Positions 8,925 through 18,331 are shown, numbered from the stretch's first letter. The stretch is 32,000 bases of DNA from Nitratidesulfovibrio vulgaris str. Hildenborough (GCF_000195755.1 NC_002937.3:1050001-1082000), one strand, 5' to 3'. Notes: generated by a model not told the origin, from the letters alone. Translations and numbers: made by a program.

Positions 8925-9422
8925 TCAGGCACCGTGCCGGTTGTTCTCGCGCTTCCATTCCGAAACCATGTCGCGCAAAGCCTGAGCGCGCGCGGGTTCC
9001 ACTTCCTTGAAGCGTTCGGCGAATACGTGCAGCTGTGTGCCGCCACGCGGGGTGAAGAGGCCCTTCACGCGGCACCACAGGGGCTGGAGTTTGGTGGTCA
9101 TGTCATCGAGGATGGTATTGGTGATGGTCTCCATGAACGACTGGTGGTCGCGGAAGGCGAACATGTAGACCTTGAAGCTCTTCGATTCCACGCAAAACTG
9201 GTCGGGAATGTACTCGACGACGATGGTCGCGAAGTCGGGTTGCCCGGTGACGGGGCAAAGCGACGTGAATTCAGGGAAGGCGATGCTGACGATATAGGGC
9301 CGGTCGGGGAAGCGGTTGGGGAACGCCTCAAGCAGGTCGGTCGAGGGGCCCGCTGCCGGGTAGGGGGTCTTCTGGCCCAGCGCCCGGAGGTGTTCGGTCT
9401 GGTCTGTGCTTCTGGTGGTCAT
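8925..9422 (-). CDS. queF: NADPH-dependent 7-cyano-7-deazaguanine (preQ0) reductase, type I
   Basis: EFTSLCPVTGQPDFATIVVEYIP is the QueF catalytic Cys / QueF motif region; KSFK.Y...FR.H..F.E also present. The ATG at 9422 has an AGGAG SD. The track ORF (to 9653) has an implausible Pro/Arg-rich extension. Confidence 0.9.
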   Translation of the reverse strand: MTTRSTDQTEHLRALGQKTPYPAAGPSTDLLEAFPNRFPDRPYIVSIAFPEFTSLCPVTGQPDFATIVVEYIPDQFCVESKSFKVYMFAFRDHQSFMETITNTILDDMTTKLQPLWCRVKGLFTPRGGTQLHVFAERFKEVEPARAQALRDMVSEWKRENNRHGA

Positions 9423-9673
9423 GTGTATCTCCTGAATGGTCTGCCGTATGGCATCCGTATTGTCACCATTCCCGGGGCGTGTGGCAAGGGGGTAGGGCAA
9501 CACTGGAGTGCCGGGACGACGGCTTTCGTGCAGGGAGGATGAGCAGCCCCGGAGGTGCGGGCTGGGGCGGGGGCGTCTGTCGTCGTCGGGGCGGCAACGG
9601 CCCGTGCAGATTAGGTGTTGCCTCGGCAGGGGGTTGAGGTATGGTGCTACCAAATACAGTCAGGAGGGAGCCC

Positions 9674-12667
9674 ATGACTGACGCATCCCGTTCCGGCACG
9701 GCGACCGCACTCCATGAGGACGCCGTGTCAGGTTCAGCCGCCGCAGAGGCCCTCGACCTCGTCCGGCGCGGTCTGGACGACATGGCAGGTCAGGTCGTGC
9801 CGTGGTTTTTCGGCAACATGCCCGAGTACTACCTGCGCACCCATTCGGTGACCGAGAAGGTGCACCATCTTCAGGCCATCATCTCGGGCCGGGCCGTCAC
9901 CGGCAGTCAGACGGTGCGCCTCATGGCGCCGGACGGACGCAAGGCCACGTATCTGGTGCCGGGCGGGGGCACGAAAGAACTTCTGACCATACTCGAGGCG
10001 CATGTCGCCCAGGAGATAGAGACCGCCCGCCTCTATACGACGCAGGACGGGCAACTGCACCTTGTCGAGTTTCTCTTCGGTGAACAGCCCCGTGCGGAGG
10101 TCGCCGGCGACCTGTTCGCCGAGGCGGTGTCCGCCATGCGCGGCGAGGGCGTGAGTGGAGACCGGATAGACCTTTTCGAGCGAATGCTGCGTGGTGCCAA
10201 CGCCGAATATCTAGAGAAGTTCGACCCTCAGCGGGCCCTGCGTCACCTGCATATGCTCGAATCGGTGGGCCGCAGCGAGGACACGGCCATCCTGCTCGAA
10301 CAATGCACACCCGGTAGCGAGACGCGCCTTGTCATGGCCATGCGCCATCCCCCGGCGACCGGACTGCTGCTGCAGACGGCGAAGATACTGGCGCGCACGG
10401 GCGTGACGGTGAACCGCTGCTACGGTGACAGCTTCAACCTCGACGATGGCGACTCGGTCGCCATTCTCAGCTTCTACGTCAACGTGGGCGGGGACATCCT
10501 GCATGAGGATTCGGAATTGTGGCAACGGTTGCGCCGCAAGCTGCAGTTGGTGAAGTGGTTCGCCCCGAATCCGTTCGAGTCGTACGCCGACCGTGAAGGC
10601 TGGTCGCTGAAGCGCGTGATGCTGCTTGCCGCCGCTGCCGAGTTCGCCCACGCCTTTCTCGTGCAGGAGAACCAGTGGGCCTACAGCACCAACAACGTCA
10701 CCCGCATCCTGCAGGAGAGGCGCGGCGAGGTGGCGCGGCTTGTGGCATGGTTCGAAGCCCGGTTCGACCCCACGCTGGGCGGCAGGGAGGCGAAGGCGCG
10801 TGAACTTGACGAGGCCGCACTGGCGGCGGTGGGCGATGTGGCGGACGAGAGCGAACGGACGGTGCTGCTCATGGTCCATCGCTTCTTCGCCTTCACCCTG
10901 CGCACCAACTACTTCCTCGAAGACGTCTACGGCCTCTCGTTCCGTCTCGACCCGCAGTTCCTTCCTGCCCCGTGCCGCATCGAAGGCGAAGAACTGCCCT
11001 ATGGCATCTTCTTCTTCCACGGCCCCTACTGCATGGGGTTCCACATCCGCTACCGCGACATGTCGCGCGGCGGGGTTCGCGTCGTCCCCACCCGGTCTGC
11101 GGAGCAGTTCGAACTGGAGTCGAACCGCCTCTACGACGAGGTCAAGGGACTGGCCTACGCACAGCAGGTCAAGAACAAGGACATCCCCGAAGGCGGGTCC
11201 AAGGCGGTCATCCTTCTCGGGCCGCTCGGTGACATAAGGCTCGCCGTGGCGAGCATGGGCAACTCCCTGCTGGACGTCATCCTCTGCGGCGAGAGTTCGC
11301 CGACGCTCCCCGGCGTGGTCGACCATCTGGGCAAGGAGGAGATCATCTACCTCGGCCCGGACGAGAACATCACGCCGGAGCACATCACGTGGATCGTGGA
11401 ACGCGCCCGGCAGCGCGGCTACCGCTGGCCTTCGGCGTTCATGAGTTCGAAGCCGGGGGCGGGCATCAACCACAAGCAGTATGGCGTGACGAGCCTCGGG
11501 GTGATGGTCTTCGCGGAAGAGGTGCTGCGGCATCTTGGCATCGACCCTGCCGCGCAGCCGTTCACGGTGAAGATCACTGGCGGCCCCAAGGGTGACGTGG
11601 CGGGCAATCTCATGCGCATCATGTTCCGCGATTACGGGGACAACGCCCGTGTCGTCGCCGTCACCGACGGGCATGGCGCCGCCTACGACCCCGAAGGGCT
11701 CGACCGTGCCGAACTCATGCGTCTGGTGGACGGGCAGCGCAGCATCGACTCCTTCGACGCGGCACTCCTGCGCGGGGAGGGCGCCTTCGTCGTCTCCGCC
11801 CGCGACCCGGAGACGGTGCGCCTGCGCAATGCACTGCACAATACGGCGCGCGCGGACATCTTCATTCCCTCGGGAGGCCGGCCCAACACCATCAACATGC
11901 GCAACTGGCACGAGTTCTTCGATGGTGACGGCGTGCCCACGGCCCGCGCCATCGTGGAGGGGGCCAACCTCTTCGTGTCGCCCGATGCGCGCAAGCGTCT
12001 GGCGGAACGCGGCGTGCTTGTCGTGCACGGTTCGTCGGCGAACAAGACGGGGGTCATCTGCTCGTCGTACGAGGTGCTGGGCGGTCTGGTCATGACGGAT
12101 GGCGAGTTCATTGCCGCCAAGGAACGCTATGTGGCAGACGTGTTCGACATCCTGCGTCGCCGCGCCCGCGACGAGGCCCGCCTGCTGCTGGCCGAGTTGC
12201 GTCGCTGCGACAGGTGCAAGCCGCTGCATGTCATCTCCGTGGAGGCTTCGCAGGAGATGAACCACGCGGCCGACGCCCTTTACGGGGCCTTCATGCAACG
12301 ACAGCTCGACATCGCGGAAGATTCCCTGTGGCGCGGACTGGTGCTCGACTATTGCCCCGCCGTGCTCGTCGAGAAGTTCCGCGACCGCATCTTCGACATG
12401 GTGCCCCGGCGGCACCTGTATGCGCTCATCGCCGCCTATGCGGCTTCGGCCATCGTCTACGCCGAGGGTATGGGATGGCTTGCAGGAGTAGGGACGCAAC
12501 GCGATATCGTCGATGTGGTGCGCAACTGGCACGAGGCGAGGGCGCTCATGCTGCGCCTTGCCACCGCCGTCGAGTCCACGGACATGGAGCAGTCCGCGCA
12601 GGTGGCGCACCTGTTGCGGCATGGCGGCGTTCGGCGATTCACGGAAGAGCGCCTCGGGCTTGCCTAG
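9674..12667 (+). CDS. large-class (about 1000 aa) NAD-type glutamate dehydrogenase, Glu/Leu/Phe/Val dehydrogenase family
   Basis: Central core with KDIPEGGSKAVILL (catalytic Lys region), GPDENIT, and a dinucleotide-fold segment ITGGPKGDVAGN. Also EGANLFVSPDARKRL..GV.VV.GSSANKTGVICSSYEVL. The ATG at 9674 has an AGGAGGG SD. The N- and C-terminal extensions have no function I can assign. Confidence 0.85.
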   Translation: MTDASRSGTATALHEDAVSGSAAAEALDLVRRGLDDMAGQVVPWFFGNMPEYYLRTHSVTEKVHHLQAIISGRAVTGSQTVRLMAPDGRKATYLVPGGGTKELLTILEAHVAQEIETARLYTTQDGQLHLVEFLFGEQPRAEVAGDLFAEAVSAMRGEGVSGDRIDLFERMLRGANAEYLEKFDPQRALRHLHMLESVGRSEDTAILLEQCTPGSETRLVMAMRHPPATGLLLQTAKILARTGVTVNRCYGDSFNLDDGDSVAILSFYVNVGGDILHEDSELWQRLRRKLQLVKWFAPNPFESYADREGWSLKRVMLLAAAAEFAHAFLVQENQWAYSTNNVTRILQERRGEVARLVAWFEARFDPTLGGREAKARELDEAALAAVGDVADESERTVLLMVHRFFAFTLRTNYFLEDVYGLSFRLDPQFLPAPCRIEGEELPYGIFFFHGPYCMGFHIRYRDMSRGGVRVVPTRSAEQFELESNRLYDEVKGLAYAQQVKNKDIPEGGSKAVILLGPLGDIRLAVASMGNSLLDVILCGESSPTLPGVVDHLGKEEIIYLGPDENITPEHITWIVERARQRGYRWPSAFMSSKPGAGINHKQYGVTSLGVMVFAEEVLRHLGIDPAAQPFTVKITGGPKGDVAGNLMRIMFRDYGDNARVVAVTDGHGAAYDPEGLDRAELMRLVDGQRSIDSFDAALLRGEGAFVVSARDPETVRLRNALHNTARADIFIPSGGRPNTINMRNWHEFFDGDGVPTARAIVEGANLFVSPDARKRLAERGVLVVHGSSANKTGVICSSYEVLGGLVMTDGEFIAAKERYVADVFDILRRRARDEARLLLAELRRCDRCKPLHVISVEASQEMNHAADALYGAFMQRQLDIAEDSLWRGLVLDYCPAVLVEKFRDRIFDMVPRRHLYALIAAYAASAIVYAEGMGWLAGVGTQRDIVDVVRNWHEARALMLRLATAVESTDMEQSAQVAHLLRHGGVRRFTEERLGLA

Positions 12668-12735
12668 CGGGCACCTGACGGGCGGCTGAAGAAGAGCGGG
12701 TGAAGAGGATGCCCCCGTGGCATCGATGCATCATG

Positions 12736-12770
12736 GAAGGGCCGCCCTGTCGGGGGCGGCCCTTTGCTTC
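12736..12770 (+). terminator. terminator hairpin after the GDH gene
   Basis: 11-bp stem AAGGGCCGCCC / GGGCGGCCCTT (12736-12746 / 12753-12763), 6-nt loop, then TGCTTCT (weak T-run). Confidence 0.55.
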
Positions 12771-12906
12771 TGTGTACAACCTGTGGGAAAACGAGGCGGA
12801 TTCCGCTTGCCATGCGGAGTCGTTTGCCCCACAATGCCCGGTCGGGCTTCGCCTTCGAAGGCGGTCGGCCTGATCATCACCAACGCCTTGCATCAAGGAG
12901 GGGACC

Positions 12907-13083
12907 GTGGCCAAGCAACAGGGACCGCTGAAGGATCGCTATCGCCGCGAATTCGTCGAGGTCGTCTGCCCCAAGTGCCGCAAGACCCAGATCATCGCCG
13001 TTCCTGAAGAACCCATGCCGCGCTGCGAAATCTGCAAGCGCGACATGATCATCAAGGAAGTCCTCACCGAGGGCAAATATTAG
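12907..13083 (+). CDS. 58-aa zinc-ribbon mini-protein (not in the supplied ORF track)
   Basis: GTG at 12907 lies 3-4 nt after AAGGAGGGG. Reads (M)AKQQGPLKDRYRREFVEVVCPKCRKTQIIAVPEEPMPRCEICKRDMIIKEVLTEGKY, stop TAG at 13081-13083. CPKC-x15-CEIC knuckles. Third-position G/C bias resembles neighbouring genes. Candidate TTGCCA-N17-CACAAT promoter at 12807-12835. Confidence 0.6.
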   Translation: MAKQQGPLKDRYRREFVEVVCPKCRKTQIIAVPEEPMPRCEICKRDMIIKEVLTEGKY

Positions 13084-13177
13084 GGCACGGTGCATCCTTC
13101 GCCCCCGTATGGGGCGGATGAGGAGCCATGCCCCGTCGGCTGGGTTGGACACTAACGGGTAACGTGTGGAGGAGACC

Positions 13178-13996
13178 ATGAAGCTTTTCAGACTGTTGGC
13201 AGCCATGATGATGGCAGCCCTGCTCGCCGCCCCTGCCATGGCGGCGGACATCGAACTGGCCAAGAAGTCCACGCTCAACGAGATCATGGCGCGCGGCGAA
13301 TTGCGCGTCGGCTTTGACGCTGGCTACCTGCCCTTCGAGATGACCGACAAGAACGGCAACTACGTCGGTTTCGACATCGACATCGCCAAGGAAATGGCCC
13401 GTGCCATGGGCGTCAAGTTCGTGCCCGTCAACACCGACTTCGACGGCATGATTCCTGCCCTGCTGAGCGACAAGTTCGACATCATCATCAGCGGCATGAC
13501 CGTGACGCAGGAGCGCAACCTCAAGATCAATTTCGCCGACCCCTACATCGTCGTCGGCCAGACCGTGCTCCTCTCCAAGAAGCTTGAAGGCAAGGTCAAG
13601 TCGTGGAAGGACCTGAACAGCCCCGAGTACACCGTCGTGTCGCGTCTTGGCACCACCGGTGAAGAGGCTGCCAAGCGCATGCTGCCCAAGGCCAAGTTCA
13701 AGTCGTTCGACAAGGAGGCCGATGGCGCTCTTGAAGTCGTCAACGGTCGCGCCGACGCCTGGGTCTATGACATGCCCTTCAACGTGGTGTTCATGGCCGA
13801 ACAGGGCAAGGACAAGGTCGTGCATCTCGACAAGCCCTTCACCTACGAGCCTCTCGGCTTCGGCATCAAGAAGGGCGACCCCGACTTCCTGAACTTCCTC
13901 AACAACTTCATGCGCCAGATCAAGAACGACGGTCGCTACGACCGCATCTACGACAAGTGGATGCGTTCGACCGAATGGCGCAGCCAGACCAACTAG
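13178..13996 (+). CDS. polar amino-acid ABC transporter substrate-binding protein (family 3)
   Basis: Signal peptide MKLFRLLAAMMMAALLAAPAMA, then LRVGFDAGYLPFE...GFDIDIAKE...FDGMIPALLS.KFD.IISGMT.T.ER, typical of GlnH/HisJ-type binding proteins. GGAGGA SD before the ATG at 13178. Confidence 0.9.
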   Translation: MKLFRLLAAMMMAALLAAPAMAADIELAKKSTLNEIMARGELRVGFDAGYLPFEMTDKNGNYVGFDIDIAKEMARAMGVKFVPVNTDFDGMIPALLSDKFDIIISGMTVTQERNLKINFADPYIVVGQTVLLSKKLEGKVKSWKDLNSPEYTVVSRLGTTGEEAAKRMLPKAKFKSFDKEADGALEVVNGRADAWVYDMPFNVVFMAEQGKDKVVHLDKPFTYEPLGFGIKKGDPDFLNFLNNFMRQIKNDGRYDRIYDKWMRSTEWRSQTN

Positions 13997-14003
13997 ACGA
14001 CGC

Positions 14004-14033
14004 GCGCGCCATGCATGGACATGCATGGCGCGC
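14004..14033 (+). terminator. perfect 14-bp palindrome hairpin just after the binding-protein gene (attenuator or partial terminator candidate)
   Basis: GCGCGCCATGCATG-GA-CATGCATGGCGCGC starts 8 nt after the stop. Two more hairpins follow, around 14046-14067 (CCGGAAA/TTTCCGG) and around 14136-14160 (GGGGCGGGGC / GCCCC(CC)GCCCC then CTTTCC). Confidence 0.5.
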
Positions 14034-14265
14034 ATGACCGTCTTGCCGGAAAGAGTCTTTTTTCCGGTGCGCCCGGATTCGTGAAGCCGTAAGGCTCCGG
14101 CACCGGGTGCACAGTATCAGTACTTCCGGATGGCCGGGGCGGGGCTAGCCCCCCGCCCCCTTTCCGGGGTTTCGCAAGGCGGCGGACGCCATGCGCCGAC
14201 ACCTCGCGAAGCCTCTCGGCTACGCCCGCGTCCGCGCGGGATTCCATGTGCAAGAAGGATAAACG

Positions 14266-15275
14266 ATGACGCAGTACAGGGGTTTGGACAAACCGCGGGG
14301 GCAGGGCTACTTCCTGTTCTGGAAAGCAGTGTTCGTGGGCATCATGCTCTGCACGGTGGCCTTCTTCTGGTACGCTTCCAGTTCCGTCGAGTATATCTGG
14401 CGCTGGAACAGGGTGCCTCAATATTTCTGGGTGGCCGAGAAGACCGATGTCCGCGCCGAGGTCAGCGGCGATGTGGTCTCCGTCGAGACCACGGCCGAGG
14501 GTGCCACACGCATCACGGTCAAGGGCGACGACGGTTCGGAGACCTACACCGTTCCTCCGGCAGGGAAGGTGCTCATCTCCGGTGGTGACTACATCTACAG
14601 CGGCGACCCGGTGGGCCGCTACGAGGTCAGCAAGCCGGGCATCCTGCTCGAGGGTCTGTGGATAACCCTTGAGGTGAGCATGCTCGCCATCATCATCGGT
14701 ATCGTCCTCGGTGTGGTCACGGGGCTTGCCCGCATCTCGGTCAACCCGGCCCTGCGCTGGCTGGCCATCACCTACATCGAGATCATCCGTGGTTCGCCGC
14801 TGCTGGTACAGGTGTTCCTGTGGTACTTCGTGGTGGGCACGCTGCTCAACGCCCTGTTCGAAAAGGTGGGCCTCTCCGCCATTCCGCCGCTGTGGTACGG
14901 CGTCATGGCCCTTGCCATCTTCACCGGCGCCTATGTGGCCGAGATCGTGCGTGCAGGCATCCAGTCGGTGCACCGCGGGCAGATGGAGGCCGCGCGGTCG
15001 CTGGGCATGAGCTACGCCCAGTCCATGCGCAAGGTCATCCTGCCGCAGGCGTTCCGGCGCATCATGCCGCCTCTTGCCGGGCAGTTCATCAGCCTTGTGA
15101 AGGACTCGTCGCTGCTTGGCGTCATCGCCGTGCGCGAACTCACCAAGGCCACGCGCGAGGTCGTCACCACCTCGCTGCAACCGTTCGAACTGTGGATCGT
15201 CTGCGCACTGCTCTATCTTGTGCTGACGTTCACCCTGTCGCTTTGCGTGCAATACCTTGAGAGAAGGGCCGTCCG

Positions 15276-15279
<4 letters not shown>
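14266..15279 (+). CDS. amino-acid ABC transporter permease (His/Glu/Gln/Arg/opine family) with about 120-aa N-terminal extension
   Basis: The C-terminal 210 aa carry the family signature ([12 protein letters not shown].., [19 protein letters not shown]...P). AAGGA SD before the ATG at 14266. Confidence 0.9.
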
Positions 15280-16016
<737 letters not shown>

Positions 16017-16202
16017 GGGCAGGGCCTCATGGGGCCGGGGTGCCGGCATGGTGACGTCGGGGGGCAGCCAATCGTCTTACCGTGGTCACACTGACAAGCC
16101 GTTGGCCCGCACGATGCCGGGGCAGGTTGGCCGAGATGCGGACATCACACCAGCCGTTACGTCACGTACGAATCATGGGTGTTGCGGCTGATTCGATTCA
16201 AG

Positions 16203-16228
16203 CGGGGGAGGGTTGCGGCCCTCCCCCG
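16203..16228. other. GC-rich hairpin upstream of the LysE-family gene
   Basis: 10-bp stem CGGGGGAGGG / CCCTCCCCCG with a 6-nt loop and no T-run on either strand. Immediately followed by TTGACA (16229-16234). Role unknown. Confidence 0.3.
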
Positions 16229-16263
16229 TTGACAGTAGATTGAAGGCCTGTACAGGAGAACCC

Positions 16264-17010
16264 GTGGATAGCGATATTCTTGCCCTTGCGGGACTGGCGG
16301 CCCTTTTGACCGTGACCCCCGGCCCCGATACCATGCTCGTGCTGCGCAACGTGTTGCGTGGTGGCACGCGGGGCGGTGTGTCCACCGCCCTGGGGAGTGC
16401 AGCGGGGTTGCTCGTGCATCTTTCGGCTTCGGCCCTTGGCGTGTCGGCCGTCCTTCTGCACTCGGCAGAGGCGTTTGCCACGGTGCGCCTCGCCGGGGCC
16501 TGCTACCTCCTGTGGCTTGGCGCTCGTTCCCTCTATGCCGCACTGAAGGGCCCCTCCACGCCGGACGCGGCCCGAGAGGCGCATGCTGGTGGCGAGGGCC
16601 TGCCGTGCTGTGCAGACAGGGGAAGCGCAAGCGGGAATGGTGAAGCGCCTTCCGACGCCTTGTCCGGTGAATACGGGACAGGTACCGCCCCGCTGGTGCA
16701 GGCATGGCGTGAGGGCTTTCTCACCAACGTGCTCAACCCGAAGGTCGCCGTCTTCTATCTTGCGGTGTTGCCGCAGGTCGCCGTCTCGGCAGGTGCCACC
16801 GTGGATACGACGACCGCCCTTGGCCGCTCGCTGCTTTTCGGCCTCTTCCACATCATCATCGGCGTGTGCTGGTTTTCGTTCCTCTCGTGTTCACTGCAGC
16901 GTGTGCGGACGACCTTGCTTCGTCCCATGGTGCGGCGCTGGCTTGATGGCGGGGTGGGGGCGCTGATGGTCTTCTTCGGTGTGCGACTGGCGACGGAAAA
17001 GGGTGTCTGA
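16264..17010 (+). CDS. LysE/RhtB family amino-acid exporter
   Basis: N-terminal LLTVTPGPDTMLVLRN signature and NPKVAVFYLAVLPQ in the second half. About 50 aa of Gly/Ala/Ser-rich insert in the central loop. The GTG at 16264 has an AGGAG SD 5 nt upstream (track start 16213 is less likely). Confidence 0.85.
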   Translation: MDSDILALAGLAALLTVTPGPDTMLVLRNVLRGGTRGGVSTALGSAAGLLVHLSASALGVSAVLLHSAEAFATVRLAGACYLLWLGARSLYAALKGPSTPDAAREAHAGGEGLPCCADRGSASGNGEAPSDALSGEYGTGTAPLVQAWREGFLTNVLNPKVAVFYLAVLPQVAVSAGATVDTTTALGRSLLFGLFHIIIGVCWFSFLSCSLQRVRTTLLRPMVRRWLDGGVGALMVFFGVRLATEKGV

Positions 17011-17552
17011 TGATGCGTCACCGGGGCGTCATGCTGTTCCTGCTGTGCCTTCCGGTGCTGCTCGTGGCATGTGGCCCCCGGTATGTGGCAGACCCGCTTC
17101 CCGCGTGGAATGCCTGTCTTGCCGGATGTGCCCGGGACGATGAGACGGGTCGTCTCATCCGCAGGGGGTGCTTGCAGGGCTGCGAGATGGCGCTGGAGGC
17201 CTTTCCCTTCGCGGAGAGTGTCTACGCCGGACGGCAACCCTGCGAAGCGGCGCTTGGCCGGTTCGACGTTGAGGGCCTGCTGCGCACCCTCGATGCCCGG
17301 TGCATGCAAGAGGGTACGCAGGTGCACCGCAGACGCGGCTGCCGCGACGGCGTTCGCCTCTTCTACGGGAACATGGTGCCGGAGATGTGCGTCGGCGACG
17401 CGGATGTGAATGTGTCGACGAAGCCTCCCGTCGCGCTGGCGAACGACGGGGCGGCGTCAGCCGATGGTGCTGAGGCTGAAGTGGTGACGCAGGGTGAACA
17501 AGCCCCCGTCGCACCGGAAGGTGTGCGGGCGGATGCCCCGGAGGGTGACTGA
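17010..17552 (+). CDS. Cys-rich putative lipoprotein, function unknown
   Basis: Signal peptide with lipobox LVAC (Cys21). The mature part has CLAGC and CLQGC plus four more Cys and an acidic Ala/Glu/Pro-rich tail. The start overlaps the LysE-family gene stop (TGATG). Confidence 0.6.
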   Translation: MMRHRGVMLFLLCLPVLLVACGPRYVADPLPAWNACLAGCARDDETGRLIRRGCLQGCEMALEAFPFAESVYAGRQPCEAALGRFDVEGLLRTLDARCMQEGTQVHRRRGCRDGVRLFYGNMVPEMCVGDADVNVSTKPPVALANDGAASADGAEAEVVTQGEQAPVAPEGVRADAPEGD

Positions 17553-18331
17553 TGCAGGCCCATTATTTCGATATGTCGGTACAGCCGGTGCGGAACGGTC
17601 AGGTGTTGCCCCTGGCCCATAGTGCTCTTGCCGGTGTTGCTTCGCATGCCGTGCCGCGTGGGATGGTCCCGGCTGTGGGCACCGTGCTGCGATCCAGCGA
17701 GGGCGTCGACCTCTTTCGCATCGTCGGGCATGCCATGCTCCCGGCCTGTGATGCCCCTCATGCCGTACCGTGCGCCCTCGCCTCCGCGCTGACCGACCTT
17801 TCCGCCGGACCGGTGCGTTGCCGGGTGACGTCGGAGGGGTATGCCCTCGCATGGGTCACGCTTTCCGACAAGGGGGCGCAGGGCCAGCGCGAAGATGCCA
17901 GCGGCCCGTGTATAGCCGCCATGGTGCGCGAGTCCATACCGTTGCGATACGAACAGGGGTTCATGCTGCCCGATGACGGAGCCCAGTTGCGTGCGTTGCT
18001 TACCGAACTTGCCCTGGTGCAACGCTATGACATCATCATCACCACTGGCGGCACGGGTCTCGGCCCGCGCGATGTCACGCCGGAAGCCACATCTGCCGTG
18101 ATCGAGAAGCGCCTTCAGGGCTTCGAACAGGCGATGCTGGCCGCAAGCCTTGCCAAGACGCCTCATGCTGTCATCTCGCGCGCCCTTGCCGGAACGCTCG
18201 GCGGGGCCATCATCATCAACCTGCCCGGCAGCCGCAAGGCTGTCGCGGAGAACCTCGAAGCCGTACTGCCTGCGCTCCCCCATGCGCTGGCGAAGTTGCA
18301 GGGAGACCCCTCCGACTGCGCTCAGGCATGA
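17552..18331 (+). CDS. mogA: MogA/MoaB-type molybdopterin adenylyltransferase with about 95-aa N-terminal extension
   Basis: The C-terminal 160 aa carry LSDKGAQG..ED.SGP, IIITTGGTGLGPRDVTPEA and INLPGS.KA. The start overlaps the upstream stop (TGATG). Confidence 0.85.
   Translation: MQAHYFDMSVQPVRNGQVLPLAHSALAGVASHAVPRGMVPAVGTVLRSSEGVDLFRIVGHAMLPACDAPHAVPCALASALTDLSAGPVRCRVTSEGYALAWVTLSDKGAQGQREDASGPCIAAMVRESIPLRYEQGFMLPDDGAQLRALLTELALVQRYDIIITTGGTGLGPRDVTPEATSAVIEKRLQGFEQAMLAASLAKTPHAVISRALAGTLGGAIIINLPGSRKAVAENLEAVLPALPHALAKLQGDPSDCAQA

Noticed and set aside
9593-9608. Sigma-54-like element GGCAAC-N-GTGCA upstream of the GDH gene
   Set aside because: The distance from the first G of GG to the G of GC is 13 nt, against 12 nt in the TGGCAC-N5-TTGC consensus, and spacing is normally strict. 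The 5' T is also missing. It would only be worth revisiting if a PWM scan scores it.
8925-9653. ORF-track N-terminal extensions of queF. Similar cases are 29723..30487, 22964..23464, 24461..25645, 20899..21531, 1417..1785 and 30262..31692.
   Set aside because: The extensions are Pro/Arg-rich or overlap neighbouring genes. In most cases an internal ATG with an SD matches the canonical family N-terminus. For miaB (31611) the SD is poor and the choice rests on N-terminal homology alone.
9423-9673. Possible preQ1 riboswitch in the queF leader
   Set aside because: I could not find the short preQ1-I/II consensus features (conserved A-rich tail after a small hairpin) on the minus strand. The SD follows an unremarkable sequence. 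A cmscan would be needed to exclude it formally.
10211-12622. 803-aa ORF antisense to the GDH gene
   Set aside because: It is a shadow ORF typical of high-GC genes, where stop codons are rare in the antisense frame. It has His/Arg/Gly/Asp/Val-rich composition, no SD, no recognisable motifs, and lies entirely within a strongly supported gene on the other strand.
16029-16200. Small plus-strand ORFs (21 aa and about 49 aa, MVTSGGSQSSYRGH...) in the ATPase/LysE spacer
   Set aside because: They have no SD, only moderate third-position bias and low-complexity sequence. The evidence is insufficient.
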